In this document: positions 51,089 to 61,279 of the stretch, piece after piece | Position numbering within the stretch: position 1 is the stretch's first letter | Layout of the letters: each line of letters starts with the position of its first letter | Assembly: GCA_963701855.1 (NCBI GenBank) | Contig: CAVPBK010000002.1 | Coordinates: 1 to 64,000 of the forward strand | Source: Nitrospirota bacterium | Lineage (GTDB): Bacteria > Nitrospirota > Nitrospiria > Nitrospirales > Nitrospiraceae | Direction: 5' to 3' | DNA: 64,000 nucleotides | Position numbers and translations under genes: made by a program | The notes under the pieces: generated by a model | Databases searched by the model: none | What the model was told of the DNA's origin: nothing | Seen by the model: only the letters and a program-made list of their open reading frames with translations

Positions 51089-53604
51089 ATCCCGCGCGCC
51101 CCTCATCCCGCGCTGAAACGAGGTGGGGGCTCCAACCCAAACTGATTCTATCCATGTTGCTCGTGGGGGTGGTGCCCCTCATGGTGGGACTCGGTCTCGC
51201 CTTTTGGCAAGGCTCTCGCGAAATCCAGGTCGTGAACGGCGGAAGCTTCAAGGCCCTTGCCGAGGAGACCGCACGAAAAATCGATCTCTTGATGTCTGAT
51301 GAAATCGCCCGAACTTCACGGATCGCGGCAGACCCTTCGATTGTCCGTGAGCTTGAGCAGCGGCGCGATGCCTTCCTGGACATGACGGAAGATGAGCGCC
51401 GCCGGACAACGGACAAGCTCAAGAGCGGCTGGGAGGCGAAAGACCCCTCGACAGTCCAGTCCATCACGGGAAGCAAAATGGCCGGCGTGATTCAGGAATA
51501 TCTCTCGGGAGCCAAGAGCGAAGCCGATCAACTGGTACCACAAGTGGTCCGGTCTGCCACCAAGATGCTGTACATCACCGACAGTGAGGGCAACTTGGTT
51601 GCCACGTTGACCACGCTGCCTCCCTTTGCCAATAAAGAGACGGCCTGGTGGAAAGGCGCCACCCATCGCGGAGTCGGCCAGATCTTCATCGAAAATGTGC
51701 ATTTCGACGAACGTACCCAGACCTATGTCATCAGCATCTCGCTTCCCATTATGGATCGCATTCAGTATGGAACAGTCGGCATGCTCCATCGCGTGATCGA
51801 CGCCAAAGAGTTGATCTCGCCCTCGATCTCTCCCATTCGCTTCGGCAAAACCGGGCATGTGATGCTGATCGACCATCGAGGGATCGTCATGAGCTGCCCC
51901 ATTCTGCCGACTGGCGTCCCGCTCTCCGATGCACAGCTCATTCCCCTCGTCACGCCTCTTCAGCCAGGCTGGGTCAGTGCGCCGAGCGATGGCCATGGTG
52001 GACAATCGACTTCCATTATCGGATTCGCCCCGGTGCCGGAAACCAGCAGAGCCACGAATAGCGACCTAGGCAATGGCTCCTGGCACACCTTCGTGTGGCA
52101 ATCCTCCGATGAACTCTTTGCCCCGATTCGTCACTTCCTCACCTGGATGGCCATATTCAGTCTCATCGCCGTGGGTTTGATGACGTCTCTCGGTTACCTT
52201 GCGGCCAATCGTATTGTCAAGCCAGTGCGCCGATTACAGGCAGCGGCACAATTGATCGGGCGCGGTGAGCTTCGACAGCCCATCGACATTCAGACCGGCG
52301 ATGAGCTCCAGGATTTGGCCGACGAATTCAATCGTATGAATCGCCAATTAGAGGCAGCCTTTGCAGGCTTGACTGATCAAGTGACCATCAAAACGCAACA
52401 AGTGGAGTCCCTGCTTCACTCGACGGACCAGATTCTGGATGCAGTCCCAACCCCGATCATCATGGTCAATCACGACGAACAAGTACAATACATCAACCGG
52501 GTTGGACGCGAGTCCTTTCAGCCCATACTCGATTCGACCCAATCAATCCCCTTGTTTGATATACTCCCCGTCGATGCTGCTGTTCGAGAGCACCTGCGAA
52601 AAGAATTCAGACGTGCGGGGAACGGAGAACATGTCGCGCCGGCATCCGAGGCAGAGGATGCCGCTGTCGTCAACCGCGCCCGTGACCCGTTGGCCCCTGC
52701 AATAGGAACGGCAGAACCAAGCATTCGACAGGAGATCCAGATTGGTCCCCGGCGGTATCACTATCAGTGGTTCCACATGGCGGGAAGAAACCAGGGAGAG
52801 GATCGGATCGGCCTTGTCTTCAGGGACACGACTGACGACAGCCTCCTCCAAGACCAGCTCATCCAGGCCGAGAAATCAGGCAGCCTTGGAACCCTCACCG
52901 CCGGAATCGGACATGAGTTGAACAATCCGCTCTTCGGAATTCTCGGACTGGGAGAAGCCATCGAAGAAGAAGCCAACCTCGACCGCGTCAGATCCTATGC
53001 CCGTGACATCGTCCAGCACGGTCGTCGAATGGCCGCCATTATTCGAGACTTCACCGGCGTCACGGCTCGCGAGACATCGAACCAACGGCAACCGGTCCAC
53101 CTTGAGCGAGAGCTCGATCAGGCCATCGAAACACTCACGAGCAGCATGGACTCCTCAGGACTCGCAATCCAGAGAGCCTATGCGGGAGACACCTGTGTGC
53201 TGGCTCTCCCCGACCAACTCAGACAGGCGTTCACAAATTTGTTGATCAACGCCATTCAAGCAATAAAGGGCCGAGGCACCTTGCGTCTCTCGACCTCCCT
53301 GGTCGATACATCCGTCGTGACCACGATCGCGGATTCAGGCCCCGGCATTCCGAAACAACATCTGTCAAAGATTTTCGATCCATTCTTTACCACAAGGGGA
53401 CAGGGCGAAGGATCCGGACTCGGCCTGACCGTTGCGCGCCGCATCATCAAGAAATTTGGAGGGGACATCAGAATTGAGAGCCAGGAGGGGAGCGGCACCT
53501 CGTGCATCGTCACCCTCCCGGTAATTTCTATTTCGCCGCCCACACAGGAGGCTTCATGCATCGAGTCAGCGTCTCGCTCTACGCCGCGGCCCTCACCATC
53601 CTGA
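51076..53604 (+). CDS. Membrane sensor histidine kinase (Cache-HAMP-PAS-HisKA-HATPase)
   Basis: Two TM helices, HAMP (GDELQDLADEFNRM), GHELNNPL, GSGLGL. Confidence 0.92.
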   Translation: MSVMNPARPSSRAETRWGLQPKLILSMLLVGVVPLMVGLGLAFWQGSREIQVVNGGSFKALAEETARKIDLLMSDEIARTSRIAADPSIVRELEQRRDAFLDMTEDERRRTTDKLKSGWEAKDPSTVQSITGSKMAGVIQEYLSGAKSEADQLVPQVVRSATKMLYITDSEGNLVATLTTLPPFANKETAWWKGATHRGVGQIFIENVHFDERTQTYVISISLPIMDRIQYGTVGMLHRVIDAKELISPSISPIRFGKTGHVMLIDHRGIVMSCPILPTGVPLSDAQLIPLVTPLQPGWVSAPSDGHGGQSTSIIGFAPVPETSRATNSDLGNGSWHTFVWQSSDELFAPIRHFLTWMAIFSLIAVGLMTSLGYLAANRIVKPVRRLQAAAQLIGRGELRQPIDIQTGDELQDLADEFNRMNRQLEAAFAGLTDQVTIKTQQVESLLHSTDQILDAVPTPIIMVNHDEQVQYINRVGRESFQPILDSTQSIPLFDILPVDAAVREHLRKEFRRAGNGEHVAPASEAEDAAVVNRARDPLAPAIGTAEPSIRQEIQIGPRRYHYQWFHMAGRNQGEDRIGLVFRDTTDDSLLQDQLIQAEKSGSLGTLTAGIGHELNNPLFGILGLGEAIEEEANLDRVRSYARDIVQHGRRMAAIIRDFTGVTARETSNQRQPVHLERELDQAIETLTSSMDSSGLAIQRAYAGDTCVLALPDQLRQAFTNLLINAIQAIKGRGTLRLSTSLVDTSVVTTIADSGPGIPKQHLSKIFDPFFTTRGQGEGSGLGLTVARRIIKKFGGDIRIESQEGSGTSCIVTLPVISISPPTQEASCIESASRSTPRPSPS

Positions 53605-54149
53605 TCTCCGGACTCTGGTGGGGGCCCTACGCCCTATCCGCCAAGGAACGATCTGGATCGTCCGGCATCCCGCCGGAAAAAGCGGCGGCCTATGTCTATG
53701 CCGTCATCAAGGCCGATCGCACGCTGTACACGACGGAAATCGTCAATCGACTCCAAGCGAAAGGCGTCACCACGGCGTCTGAGCATTGGGAGCAGGAAAA
53801 CACCCTCATGTTGCCGGCTCAATTTCTCCAGCACTCGGGGAAGCTGGCGGCCGAGAACGGAGGCGGAGTCCGGTATCGTCTGATCGGTCTCTGGCCTATT
53901 TATCGACGCAACGCGCCGGCGAGCGACCTGGAGCGCAACGCGTTGGAGTCTCTTCGGAAGAATCCCGACCTGCCGTTCACCGGAATCGTGACCAGTGGGC
54001 GCCAACAATACTTTCAGGCGATCTATCCAGACCTCGCCGTGTCACAGGTCTGTGTCGACTGTCACAACGGTCACCTGCTCAGCCCAAAACGGGACTTTAA
54101 GCTCAACGATGTGATGGGCGGGATCGCCATCACCATCCCGCTGGAATAG
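53556..54149 (+). CDS. DUF3365/Tll0287-like periplasmic c-type heme protein
   Basis: Signal/TM segment, NAPASDLER, CVDCH, FKLNDVMGG. Confidence 0.85.
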   Translation: MHRVSVSLYAAALTILISGLWWGPYALSAKERSGSSGIPPEKAAAYVYAVIKADRTLYTTEIVNRLQAKGVTTASEHWEQENTLMLPAQFLQHSGKLAAENGGGVRYRLIGLWPIYRRNAPASDLERNALESLRKNPDLPFTGIVTSGRQQYFQAIYPDLAVSQVCVDCHNGHLLSPKRDFKLNDVMGGIAITIPLE

Positions 54150-54275
54150 AGATGGCAATGGCCGCGCAAAACAGGGGGAGCAAAACGAGGAAAGAAAAAA
54201 CACGGCGTGATGCGCTACCGCTTCGTCATGGATTTGGATACCCACAGGGAAGAAGCGGAGGACCTGTGACTGCGC

Positions 54276-54719
54276 TTAGTCGAGAGATTCTTTCTCGACG
54301 GCCACAATCTGCTTGGCCCGGTGTGCGGAAAGATCACTGATGCTGCCCGGCAACTTCGGAAGCTCGTCGGACCAAGGGGTCACTCCCATGTCCGTCGCAC
54401 CTTGGAGTTTGGCGCCTTCTTCCATGATGAGTATCGGCGTCAGGATTTCTCCAATGAGCGTCGCCGTCTTCAGCAACTGGACTCGCTCGTTTGCGGTCAC
54501 CTTCGCCTTGATGCGACCGCTGCTGACCACCGTGCCGGCCGTAATCATTCCCTGCACCAATCCATCCTCGCCGATGATGACATGTCCCTTGGTCTGAATT
54601 TCTCCATCGAGGCGGCCATCGATCCGCACCGTTCCCTCAACATGGATCTGGCCTTTCAATACCACCCCTTTGGCCAAAAGGGTAATGTTGTCATCTCCTG
54701 CAAAGCTATTACTTTTCAT
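54276..54719 (-). CDS. Bactofilin (polymer-forming cytoskeletal protein)
   Basis: LKGQIHVEGTVRIDGRLDGEI...MEEGAKLQG. Confidence 0.9.
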   Translation of the reverse strand: MKSNSFAGDDNITLLAKGVVLKGQIHVEGTVRIDGRLDGEIQTKGHVIIGEDGLVQGMITAGTVVSSGRIKAKVTANERVQLLKTATLIGEILTPILIMEEGAKLQGATDMGVTPWSDELPKLPGSISDLSAHRAKQIVAVEKESLD

Positions 54720-54781
54720 GCGTCGTCCCCCCTTCACACCCGATCGTTGACGCCAGCTTACACCATTCCCTGTAGCGAGGC

Positions 54782-57079
54782 CTAGGAGAATCCAAAAGTA
54801 TGCCTGAGCCGTTCCCATATTCCCTCTCCATGCACCTCACAGTAGACACTGGGCTCCGTACCCTCGATGAACACTTCCGACACCTGTTCGGGACACTGTG
54901 ACGTGGCCAACTGCCCGGTCTTCGGATCGATGTCGCGGGCGACGACACCAGGCGGCATTACGAATGCGGGAGCAGTGGGTGGAATGATCCGGCGCGCGAG
55001 ATCCATCCAGATCGGCAAGGCTGCCTGCGATCCTGTGAGACGCAGCGGCCGTTCGTCATCGAATCCCACCCAGACTCCGATCACCACGTCGGACGTATAG
55101 CCTACAAACCAGGCGTCGCGATAGCCGTCGGTTGTACCGGTTTTCCCGGCGACCGAGCCTTGGAGTCCGATCGCTCTGGCTTTGCTCGCAGTACCCCGCT
55201 GGATAACGCCTTCGAGAAGAGACGTCAACACATAGGCCCCTTGCGGCGAGACCGCCTGTTGCCGATCCGGCAGGTTATTCCACACGATATCCCCCTGTCG
55301 GTCCCTGGTCGATCGCACCGCCGTAGGCTTGACGGCGATTCCTCCGTTGGCGACCGCTCCATACGCCGATGTGATCTCCATCAACGACACCGATGAACTG
55401 CCCAAGGCCACCGACGACAAGTCATCACCGATAGCGCTCGTCACACCAAGACGATGCAGCAGCTGCACGATCGGCTTAGCTCCCAAGGTCTTGGCTGCCC
55501 GCACCGCCGGCACATTGAACGACTGTTCCAACGCACTCCGCACGGTGACAAGCCCATGGAATTGTTTGTCGTAGTTCTGCGGAGACCAGGGACCGGTCTC
55601 CGATTCAAAAGTTACCGGCTCGTCCTCCAGCAAGCTCGCTGCGGTCAACTGACCGGCCTGACCCTCACGGGCCGCTTCCAGCGCCGCAAGATAGACGAAG
55701 GGTTTGAAGAGTGAGCCCGGTTGCCTCCGTGCCTGAATTGCACGATTGAATTGACTCCGCCGATAATCCCGCCCCCCGACCAACGCCAGTACCGACCCGG
55801 TCTTGGGATCGAGCACCACTACCGCCCCTTGCACCGGTTCTAACGTACTCTTGAGATGGGGATGTGCAGTCTCTATCTTGGCCAGTCCCTTCTCCAACGA
55901 TTCGGTGGCCGCCTGCTGGATCATGGGATCGAGCGTGCTATCGATCCGTAAGCCCTCCGGCAAGGGAACCACGCCGACTTCCTCTACCTGACGAAGCACC
56001 GAATCGACGAAATAGGGCGCATCGGTCAAGCCGTCCTCTGACGGAGTCACGCGCAACGGTGCATCCATAGCACGTTGCCAAACCTCTTCCGTCAGAAGAC
56101 CCGTCTCCCGCAGCCGCCGCAACACGACAGCACGCCGTTGCTTTGCCGACTCAGGATGTTTTGTCGGCGCGTAACTATTAGGCCCCTTGATCAGACCGGC
56201 GATCATCGCGACCTCTTCGACCGTCAATTCCTGAAGAGTCTTGCCGAAATAGCGGTAGGCTGCCTCGCGCACCCCAAATATCGAGACGAATCCAGCCTGA
56301 CCAAGATAGATTTCATTCAGATAGCTTTCGAGGATGTCCTGTTTCGTATACTTCACTTCCAATACCAGCGCCGCCAGAGCTTCTTTGAGTTTTCGTCCCA
56401 TCGTCCGCTGCGGTGAGTAAAACAAATTCTTCGCTAATTGCTGCGTGATCGTGCTGCCGCCCTGCACCACCCCACCCTTCGTGACATTGGTCCAGAGCGC
56501 CCGTCCTACGGCAATGGGATCGATGCCGAAATGGGAATAGAACCGGCGATCTTCGATGGTCAAGACCGCCTCAATAATCCGCGGAGGAATCTGTGCCAGT
56601 GGAACCCATTCGCGCACCTGGCGCGACTCACCCCGCACACCACTCAGGAGTTCCGGTTCCAGAAAGATGGGGAAGAGCGGCATCCCATCAAGCGGAGAGA
56701 CGACATCCACTACTCGCCCCTGATCCAACGACAACGTCACCACGATTGCGCCGACATGGCCCTCCGGCTGCGGATGGAGATAGACCGTCAAGGCCTCTCC
56801 GGTCAGCTGATAATCGCCAGGAGACTGCACCGGCACAGACACTCGTCGATAACCCAACCGTTGCAGCCGCTCAAGCAGGTGACTGTGTGCAAGCGAAAGA
56901 TCGGGTTGCAGCAGGAAGGGCCCACTGTACAAACGCAGCGGAGGATGCTCGTCGCTCTTGGGCAGGGCCAGAAAGGTTGCCAAGTACGCGCCATAGGCCA
57001 CAACGGCGAGGCCAAGCACGACAATGAAGCCTGCCAGGGCCATGCTCGCATATGTCACCCATCGCGCAGGTCTATTCAC
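54782..57079 (-). CDS. mrcB: Class A penicillin-binding protein (PBP1B-like)
   Basis: TM anchor, UB2H-like region, EDRRFYSHFG, GGSTITQQLAKN, SLFK, SFN, KTG. Confidence 0.88.
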   Translation of the reverse strand: MNRPARWVTYASMALAGFIVVLGLAVVAYGAYLATFLALPKSDEHPPLRLYSGPFLLQPDLSLAHSHLLERLQRLGYRRVSVPVQSPGDYQLTGEALTVYLHPQPEGHVGAIVVTLSLDQGRVVDVVSPLDGMPLFPIFLEPELLSGVRGESRQVREWVPLAQIPPRIIEAVLTIEDRRFYSHFGIDPIAVGRALWTNVTKGGVVQGGSTITQQLAKNLFYSPQRTMGRKLKEALAALVLEVKYTKQDILESYLNEIYLGQAGFVSIFGVREAAYRYFGKTLQELTVEEVAMIAGLIKGPNSYAPTKHPESAKQRRAVVLRRLRETGLLTEEVWQRAMDAPLRVTPSEDGLTDAPYFVDSVLRQVEEVGVVPLPEGLRIDSTLDPMIQQAATESLEKGLAKIETAHPHLKSTLEPVQGAVVVLDPKTGSVLALVGGRDYRRSQFNRAIQARRQPGSLFKPFVYLAALEAAREGQAGQLTAASLLEDEPVTFESETGPWSPQNYDKQFHGLVTVRSALEQSFNVPAVRAAKTLGAKPIVQLLHRLGVTSAIGDDLSSVALGSSSVSLMEITSAYGAVANGGIAVKPTAVRSTRDRQGDIVWNNLPDRQQAVSPQGAYVLTSLLEGVIQRGTASKARAIGLQGSVAGKTGTTDGYRDAWFVGYTSDVVIGVWVGFDDERPLRLTGSQAALPIWMDLARRIIPPTAPAFVMPPGVVARDIDPKTGQLATSQCPEQVSEVFIEGTEPSVYCEVHGEGIWERLRHTFGFS

Positions 57080-57199
57080 GGTTCTTAACCCTCACCACAG
57101 CATAACCGAAAAACAGACAGGTTCATCTGATTTATCTGGTTAGTCGGTCCAACCAAATAAACGAGACAAACCAAACAAACCAGAAGAGCCAATTGGATT

Positions 57200-58621
57200 T
57201 TACGCCTTACTCGTTCCGATCTTCTTCTGAGGCAGAAGCGAGCCAGCAATCATCCCTATCGCCGCCATGAGAAAACCGACCAGTTGTGGAGGCCACATTG
57301 AACCGGAGGGACCGAACAGTTCCAGCCCCAACCAGGTTATCAGCCCAGCGGCAAAGGCGCACAAGGCTCCTTGTGTCGTCGCTCGGGACCAAAAGAGCCC
57401 GGCACAGAGTGGAACAAAGGCCGACACCAGCGTCACCTTGTAGGTGTTCACGACCAGCTGGTAGATGCTAGAGCTGGAGATGAGTGCGACGGTCAGGACC
57501 AGGGCGGCAAAGATCACCACTACCAGCCGCATGACCCGAAGAAACTCTCGGTCAGTGAGGTGCGGCAGCGCTCCCTTGATCACGTTCTCGCTCAGTATCA
57601 CCGACGGGGCCAACAGCGTCGCGCTTGCACAGCTCATCACCGCTGAGAGGACGGCCCCGAAAAACAGGATCTGCGCGAAAACCGGTGTGTGATGCAGGAT
57701 CAAGGTCGGCAACACCAGCTGAGAATCCTGATCGAGAAGGGCAGTGAACAGAGCCGGATCGATCAGCGTCGCCGCATAGGCTAGAAACATCGGCACAAAA
57801 CAGAAACAGAAATAGAGCGTGCCCCCCAGCAGCGATCCGCGCACAGCCGTGCGTTCGTCCTTCGCCGAGGTGATGCGTTGAAACACGTCTTGCTGGGGAA
57901 TTGACCCCAACATCATCGTCATCCAGGCCCCGACAAAGGGAATCCAAGCCGCGAACGTAGCCGGAGGAAACAGTTCCAGCTTGCCGGCTTGGGCTGCATG
58001 GCTGATGACCACGTCCACGCCTCCGGCCAACCCACTCACCACGGAGGCGATATAGAGCAGCCCTCCCATAATCACGGAGATTTGGACAAAGTCCAGAATG
58101 GCGACGGAAAACATGCCGCCGAATGTCGTATAGGCCAGGACAATCACTGCGCCAATGATCATCCCGACTGGCTGACTCACTGCGCCTCCCGTGACTGAGT
58201 TCAGCACTAATCCAAACACTTTGAACTGCGCAGCCACCCATCCGAGGTAGGACGCTGCAATACATACGGCACAGAGGACTTCGACGACGCGATTGTACCG
58301 TAGACGATAGAAGTCGCCGATGGTCAAGAGATTCAGCCGATAGAAACGGGGAGCAAAGAATAATCCGACCAGGATCAAGCAGAGGCTCGACCCAAAGGGA
58401 TCGGCGATGACGCCTCGCAACCCTTCCTTCACGAACGTGGCCGAGATCCCGAGTACGGCCTCTGCTCCGAACCAGGTCGCAAAAACTGTGGCGATCACGA
58501 TCGGCAGCGGCAAGCTCCGACCGGCCACCGCAAAATCTTTGGTGGTATGGACTCGCCTGGCAGCAGCCAGTCCAATCCCAACCGACACAAGTAAATAGAG
58601 GGTAACGAATCCAAGAATCAT
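57200..58621 (-). CDS. Sodium:solute symporter family protein
   Basis: DFAVAGRSL, ATWFG, QQDVFQR, many TM helices. Confidence 0.92.
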   Translation of the reverse strand: MILGFVTLYLLVSVGIGLAAARRVHTTKDFAVAGRSLPLPIVIATVFATWFGAEAVLGISATFVKEGLRGVIADPFGSSLCLILVGLFFAPRFYRLNLLTIGDFYRLRYNRVVEVLCAVCIAASYLGWVAAQFKVFGLVLNSVTGGAVSQPVGMIIGAVIVLAYTTFGGMFSVAILDFVQISVIMGGLLYIASVVSGLAGGVDVVISHAAQAGKLELFPPATFAAWIPFVGAWMTMMLGSIPQQDVFQRITSAKDERTAVRGSLLGGTLYFCFCFVPMFLAYAATLIDPALFTALLDQDSQLVLPTLILHHTPVFAQILFFGAVLSAVMSCASATLLAPSVILSENVIKGALPHLTDREFLRVMRLVVVIFAALVLTVALISSSSIYQLVVNTYKVTLVSAFVPLCAGLFWSRATTQGALCAFAAGLITWLGLELFGPSGSMWPPQLVGFLMAAIGMIAGSLLPQKKIGTSKA

Positions 58622-58794
58622 GAAGGCAGTTTAGGCCCAGGTGTGAACGGATTCTAGCAGGATGCTGAAAAAGTCCGCCAGCATTCTGCAAGCATAATTG
58701 TCTTGAGCCCCACCGCGACATCGCATACCCTATGCAAGTCTAGGACTTGCGATATCAGGTCCGACGCAGTCACACATAAAAGAAAGGACAGCTC

Positions 58795-59478
58795 ATGCGC
58801 GTCATTGTCTCTTGTTTGGTAACCCTGCTCTGCCTTGGGACCACCTCGGCATTCGCTGCGGCGTCAGAGCCCACGACCGATGACCAAAAAACTCTCTATG
58901 CCTTGGGATTGGCCATCAGCCAATCGCTCGGGACCTTCAACCTGAACGAGTCCGAGCTCGATCTCGTAAAATCCGGCATCGCCGATGGGGTCTTCAAAAA
59001 GACTCCCAAGGTAGACCTCCAGACGTTCGGCCCCAAGATTCAGCAACTGCAACAGGCCCGTGCCTTGGTCGTTGCAGAAGCGGAGAAAAAAGCGGGGGCC
59101 GCGTTCCTCGCGAAAGCCGCAGCAGAATCCGGCGCCAAGAAAACTGAGTCCGGCGCAATCATCACGACGATCAAGGAAGGGACAGGCCCAACCCCGAAAG
59201 TCACGGACACGGTGAAGGTGCACTATCACGGAACTCTGACCGATGGAACCGTGTTCGATAGTTCCGTCAAGCGGGGCGAGCCGGCCACGTTCGGATTGAA
59301 TCAAGTGATCAAGTGTTGGACGGAAGGGGTCCAGCAGATGAAGGTCGGCAGCAAAAGCAAGTTGGTCTGCCCGTCCGCTATCGCCTATGGCGACAAAGGC
59401 GCGCCCCCCCAGATCAAGCCCGGCGCGACGTTAGTGTTCGAGGTCGAACTCCTCGAAATTGTCGCGGCTGCTAAGTAA
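58795..59478 (+). CDS. FKBP-type peptidyl-prolyl isomerase (FkpA/Mip-like)
   Basis: Signal peptide, [36 protein letters not shown]. Confidence 0.95.
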   Translation: MRVIVSCLVTLLCLGTTSAFAAASEPTTDDQKTLYALGLAISQSLGTFNLNESELDLVKSGIADGVFKKTPKVDLQTFGPKIQQLQQARALVVAEAEKKAGAAFLAKAAAESGAKKTESGAIITTIKEGTGPTPKVTDTVKVHYHGTLTDGTVFDSSVKRGEPATFGLNQVIKCWTEGVQQMKVGSKSKLVCPSAIAYGDKGAPPQIKPGATLVFEVELLEIVAAAK

Positions 59479-59500
59479 GTCCACACTGTCGTTCTCATGA

Positions 59501-59529
59501 GGTCGAGCGGGAGCATGTCCCGCTCGACC
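59501..59529 (+). terminator. Hairpin after FKBP copy 1 (homologous hairpin at ~60418-60444)
   Basis: ggtcgagcggga-gcatg-tcccgctcgacc. Confidence 0.65.
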
Positions 59530-59716
59530 TCACGTACTCACCCATTCCACGAAAAGCTGGGCCGTTAGCGCAATGAAGGAAACTTTCCTGTGAGATGAAC
59601 TCAGGCAGGCAAATTTGTCTTGATCCCCATCGCGACATCGCATAGTTTACAGAGTTTCGAGCCTTGTGATATCGATATCAAGTCCGCCGCAGCCACACAT
59701 AAAGAAAGGGCAGCTC

Positions 59717-60394
59717 ATGCGTTTCGTTGTCTCCTGCTTGGTGACCGTACTCAGCCTTGGAACCACTGCATCATTCGCAGCGACCCCAGAGCCCACAACC
59801 GATGAACAAAAAACCCTCTATGCCATGGGATTAACCATCAGTCAATCGATCGGCACCTTCAGCCTGAGCGAGGCCGAACTCGAGCTCGTGAAAGCCGGCA
59901 TCACCGATGGAGTATTCAAACGCCCCTCTAAAGTGGACCTCCAGACGTTCGGCCCGAAGATTCAACAACTGCAACAGGCCCGCGCCTCGGTCATCGCAGA
60001 ACCCGAGAAGAAAGCAGGCGCCGCGTTCCTTGCAAAAGTCGCAGCAGAACCCGGCGCCAAGAAAACCGAGTCCGGCGCGATCCTCAAGACCATCAAGGAA
60101 GGGAACGGTGCCACCCCGAAAATCACGGATATGGTGAAGGTGCACTATCAAGGAACCTTGATCGACGGGACAGTATTCGATAGTTCCACCAAGCTGGGTG
60201 AGCCGGCCATGATGAGAGTGAATGAAATGAGCAAGTGTTGGGTGGAAGGGATGCAGCAGATAAATGTCGGCAGCAAGAGCAAGTTGGTCTGCCCGTCGAG
60301 TCTCGCCTATCGAGACAAGGGCCGACCCCCCCTTATCAAGCCTGGTGCGACATTAGTGTTCGAGATCGAACTCCTCGAGATCGTAGCCAAGTAA
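59717..60394 (+). CDS. FKBP-type PPIase, tandem paralog with divergent active-site region
   Basis: Colinear with 58795-59478; EPAMMRVNEMSKCW and AYR replace [14 protein letters not shown] and AYG. Confidence 0.92.
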   Translation: MRFVVSCLVTVLSLGTTASFAATPEPTTDEQKTLYAMGLTISQSIGTFSLSEAELELVKAGITDGVFKRPSKVDLQTFGPKIQQLQQARASVIAEPEKKAGAAFLAKVAAEPGAKKTESGAILKTIKEGNGATPKITDMVKVHYQGTLIDGTVFDSSTKLGEPAMMRVNEMSKCWVEGMQQINVGSKSKLVCPSSLAYRDKGRPPLIKPGATLVFEIELLEIVAK

Positions 60395-60504
60395 CCCCTC
60401 ACCGAATCCTCAGTACGGTCGAGCGGGATATTCCCCCGCTCGACTTCGCATCCTTTTCTTCGCGCATCGAACGATCGATTCCCCCACTCTTTACCTGTAT
60501 CCAG

Positions 60505-61150
60505 TGAGGCGGCTGGTGTGGTCTCCATTGCGCACATTGAGCGGCCACTACTCTTTCATCTCTCCCTTGAGGACGGGCTAGATTGGTCTCCCACTGCGCG
60601 TGTCCAACGAGGGTCTTCCGAGACCGCGCGTTGCACGAGCACAGGAGACCATCTAGCCTGCCCTCTCATACTCCCTCCAAGCTCGCTCGTTCTCTCTTTA
60701 GGAATGGGGGCCGATTGAGCATCTACTGCGCGCTACTTTCTCACCCGCCCTGCCCTCCGATTACTTCGCAATCGATTTCCCAGGACGTGCCTTAGCCCGG
60801 GCGAGGGCCTTCAAATCCTCTTCATCTCTCGTTAAGGGAGTGGCCTAGGCTGCCCTTTACTACGCGCCACATTCTCACCCGCCCAACCACGAGTGCGCCG
60901 AGACGCGCTCTTCTCCCTGCCGAGCACAGTTTCACCGTGCGCGTTCTGCGAGCAAGAAGGGCACCTAACCGCTCTTTCCCGCTTTCTTTTGATCTCACGC
61001 ATTACACAAATACAACTATCTATCCTCCTGCCAAGCTCACTCGTATCCTCTCAGGGATGAGGGCTGATTGATCTTCTACTGCGCGCGTTCAACGAGGGCT
61101 TTCTTAAGCCGCGCGTTGCGCGAGCACGGAAGATCATCAGCCCCCATCCC
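60505..61150 (+). repeat. Cluster of family-A hairpins (full cores 60595-60641 and 61080-61126 plus partial copies)
   Basis: Same core with cgtg/cacg and caacg/cgttg compensatory pairs. Confidence 0.8.
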
Positions 61151-61279
61151 CTCCCCTCCCTCTTGCAGTTCTCCCCTCCAACCCGTACACTAGTACCCTT
61201 GCGATCCAGCCTGGCCTGAACAGTCCTGCCCGATCGTTTATCAGCTGATCAATCATTGCGTCATCCATGCAGTAGAGCT

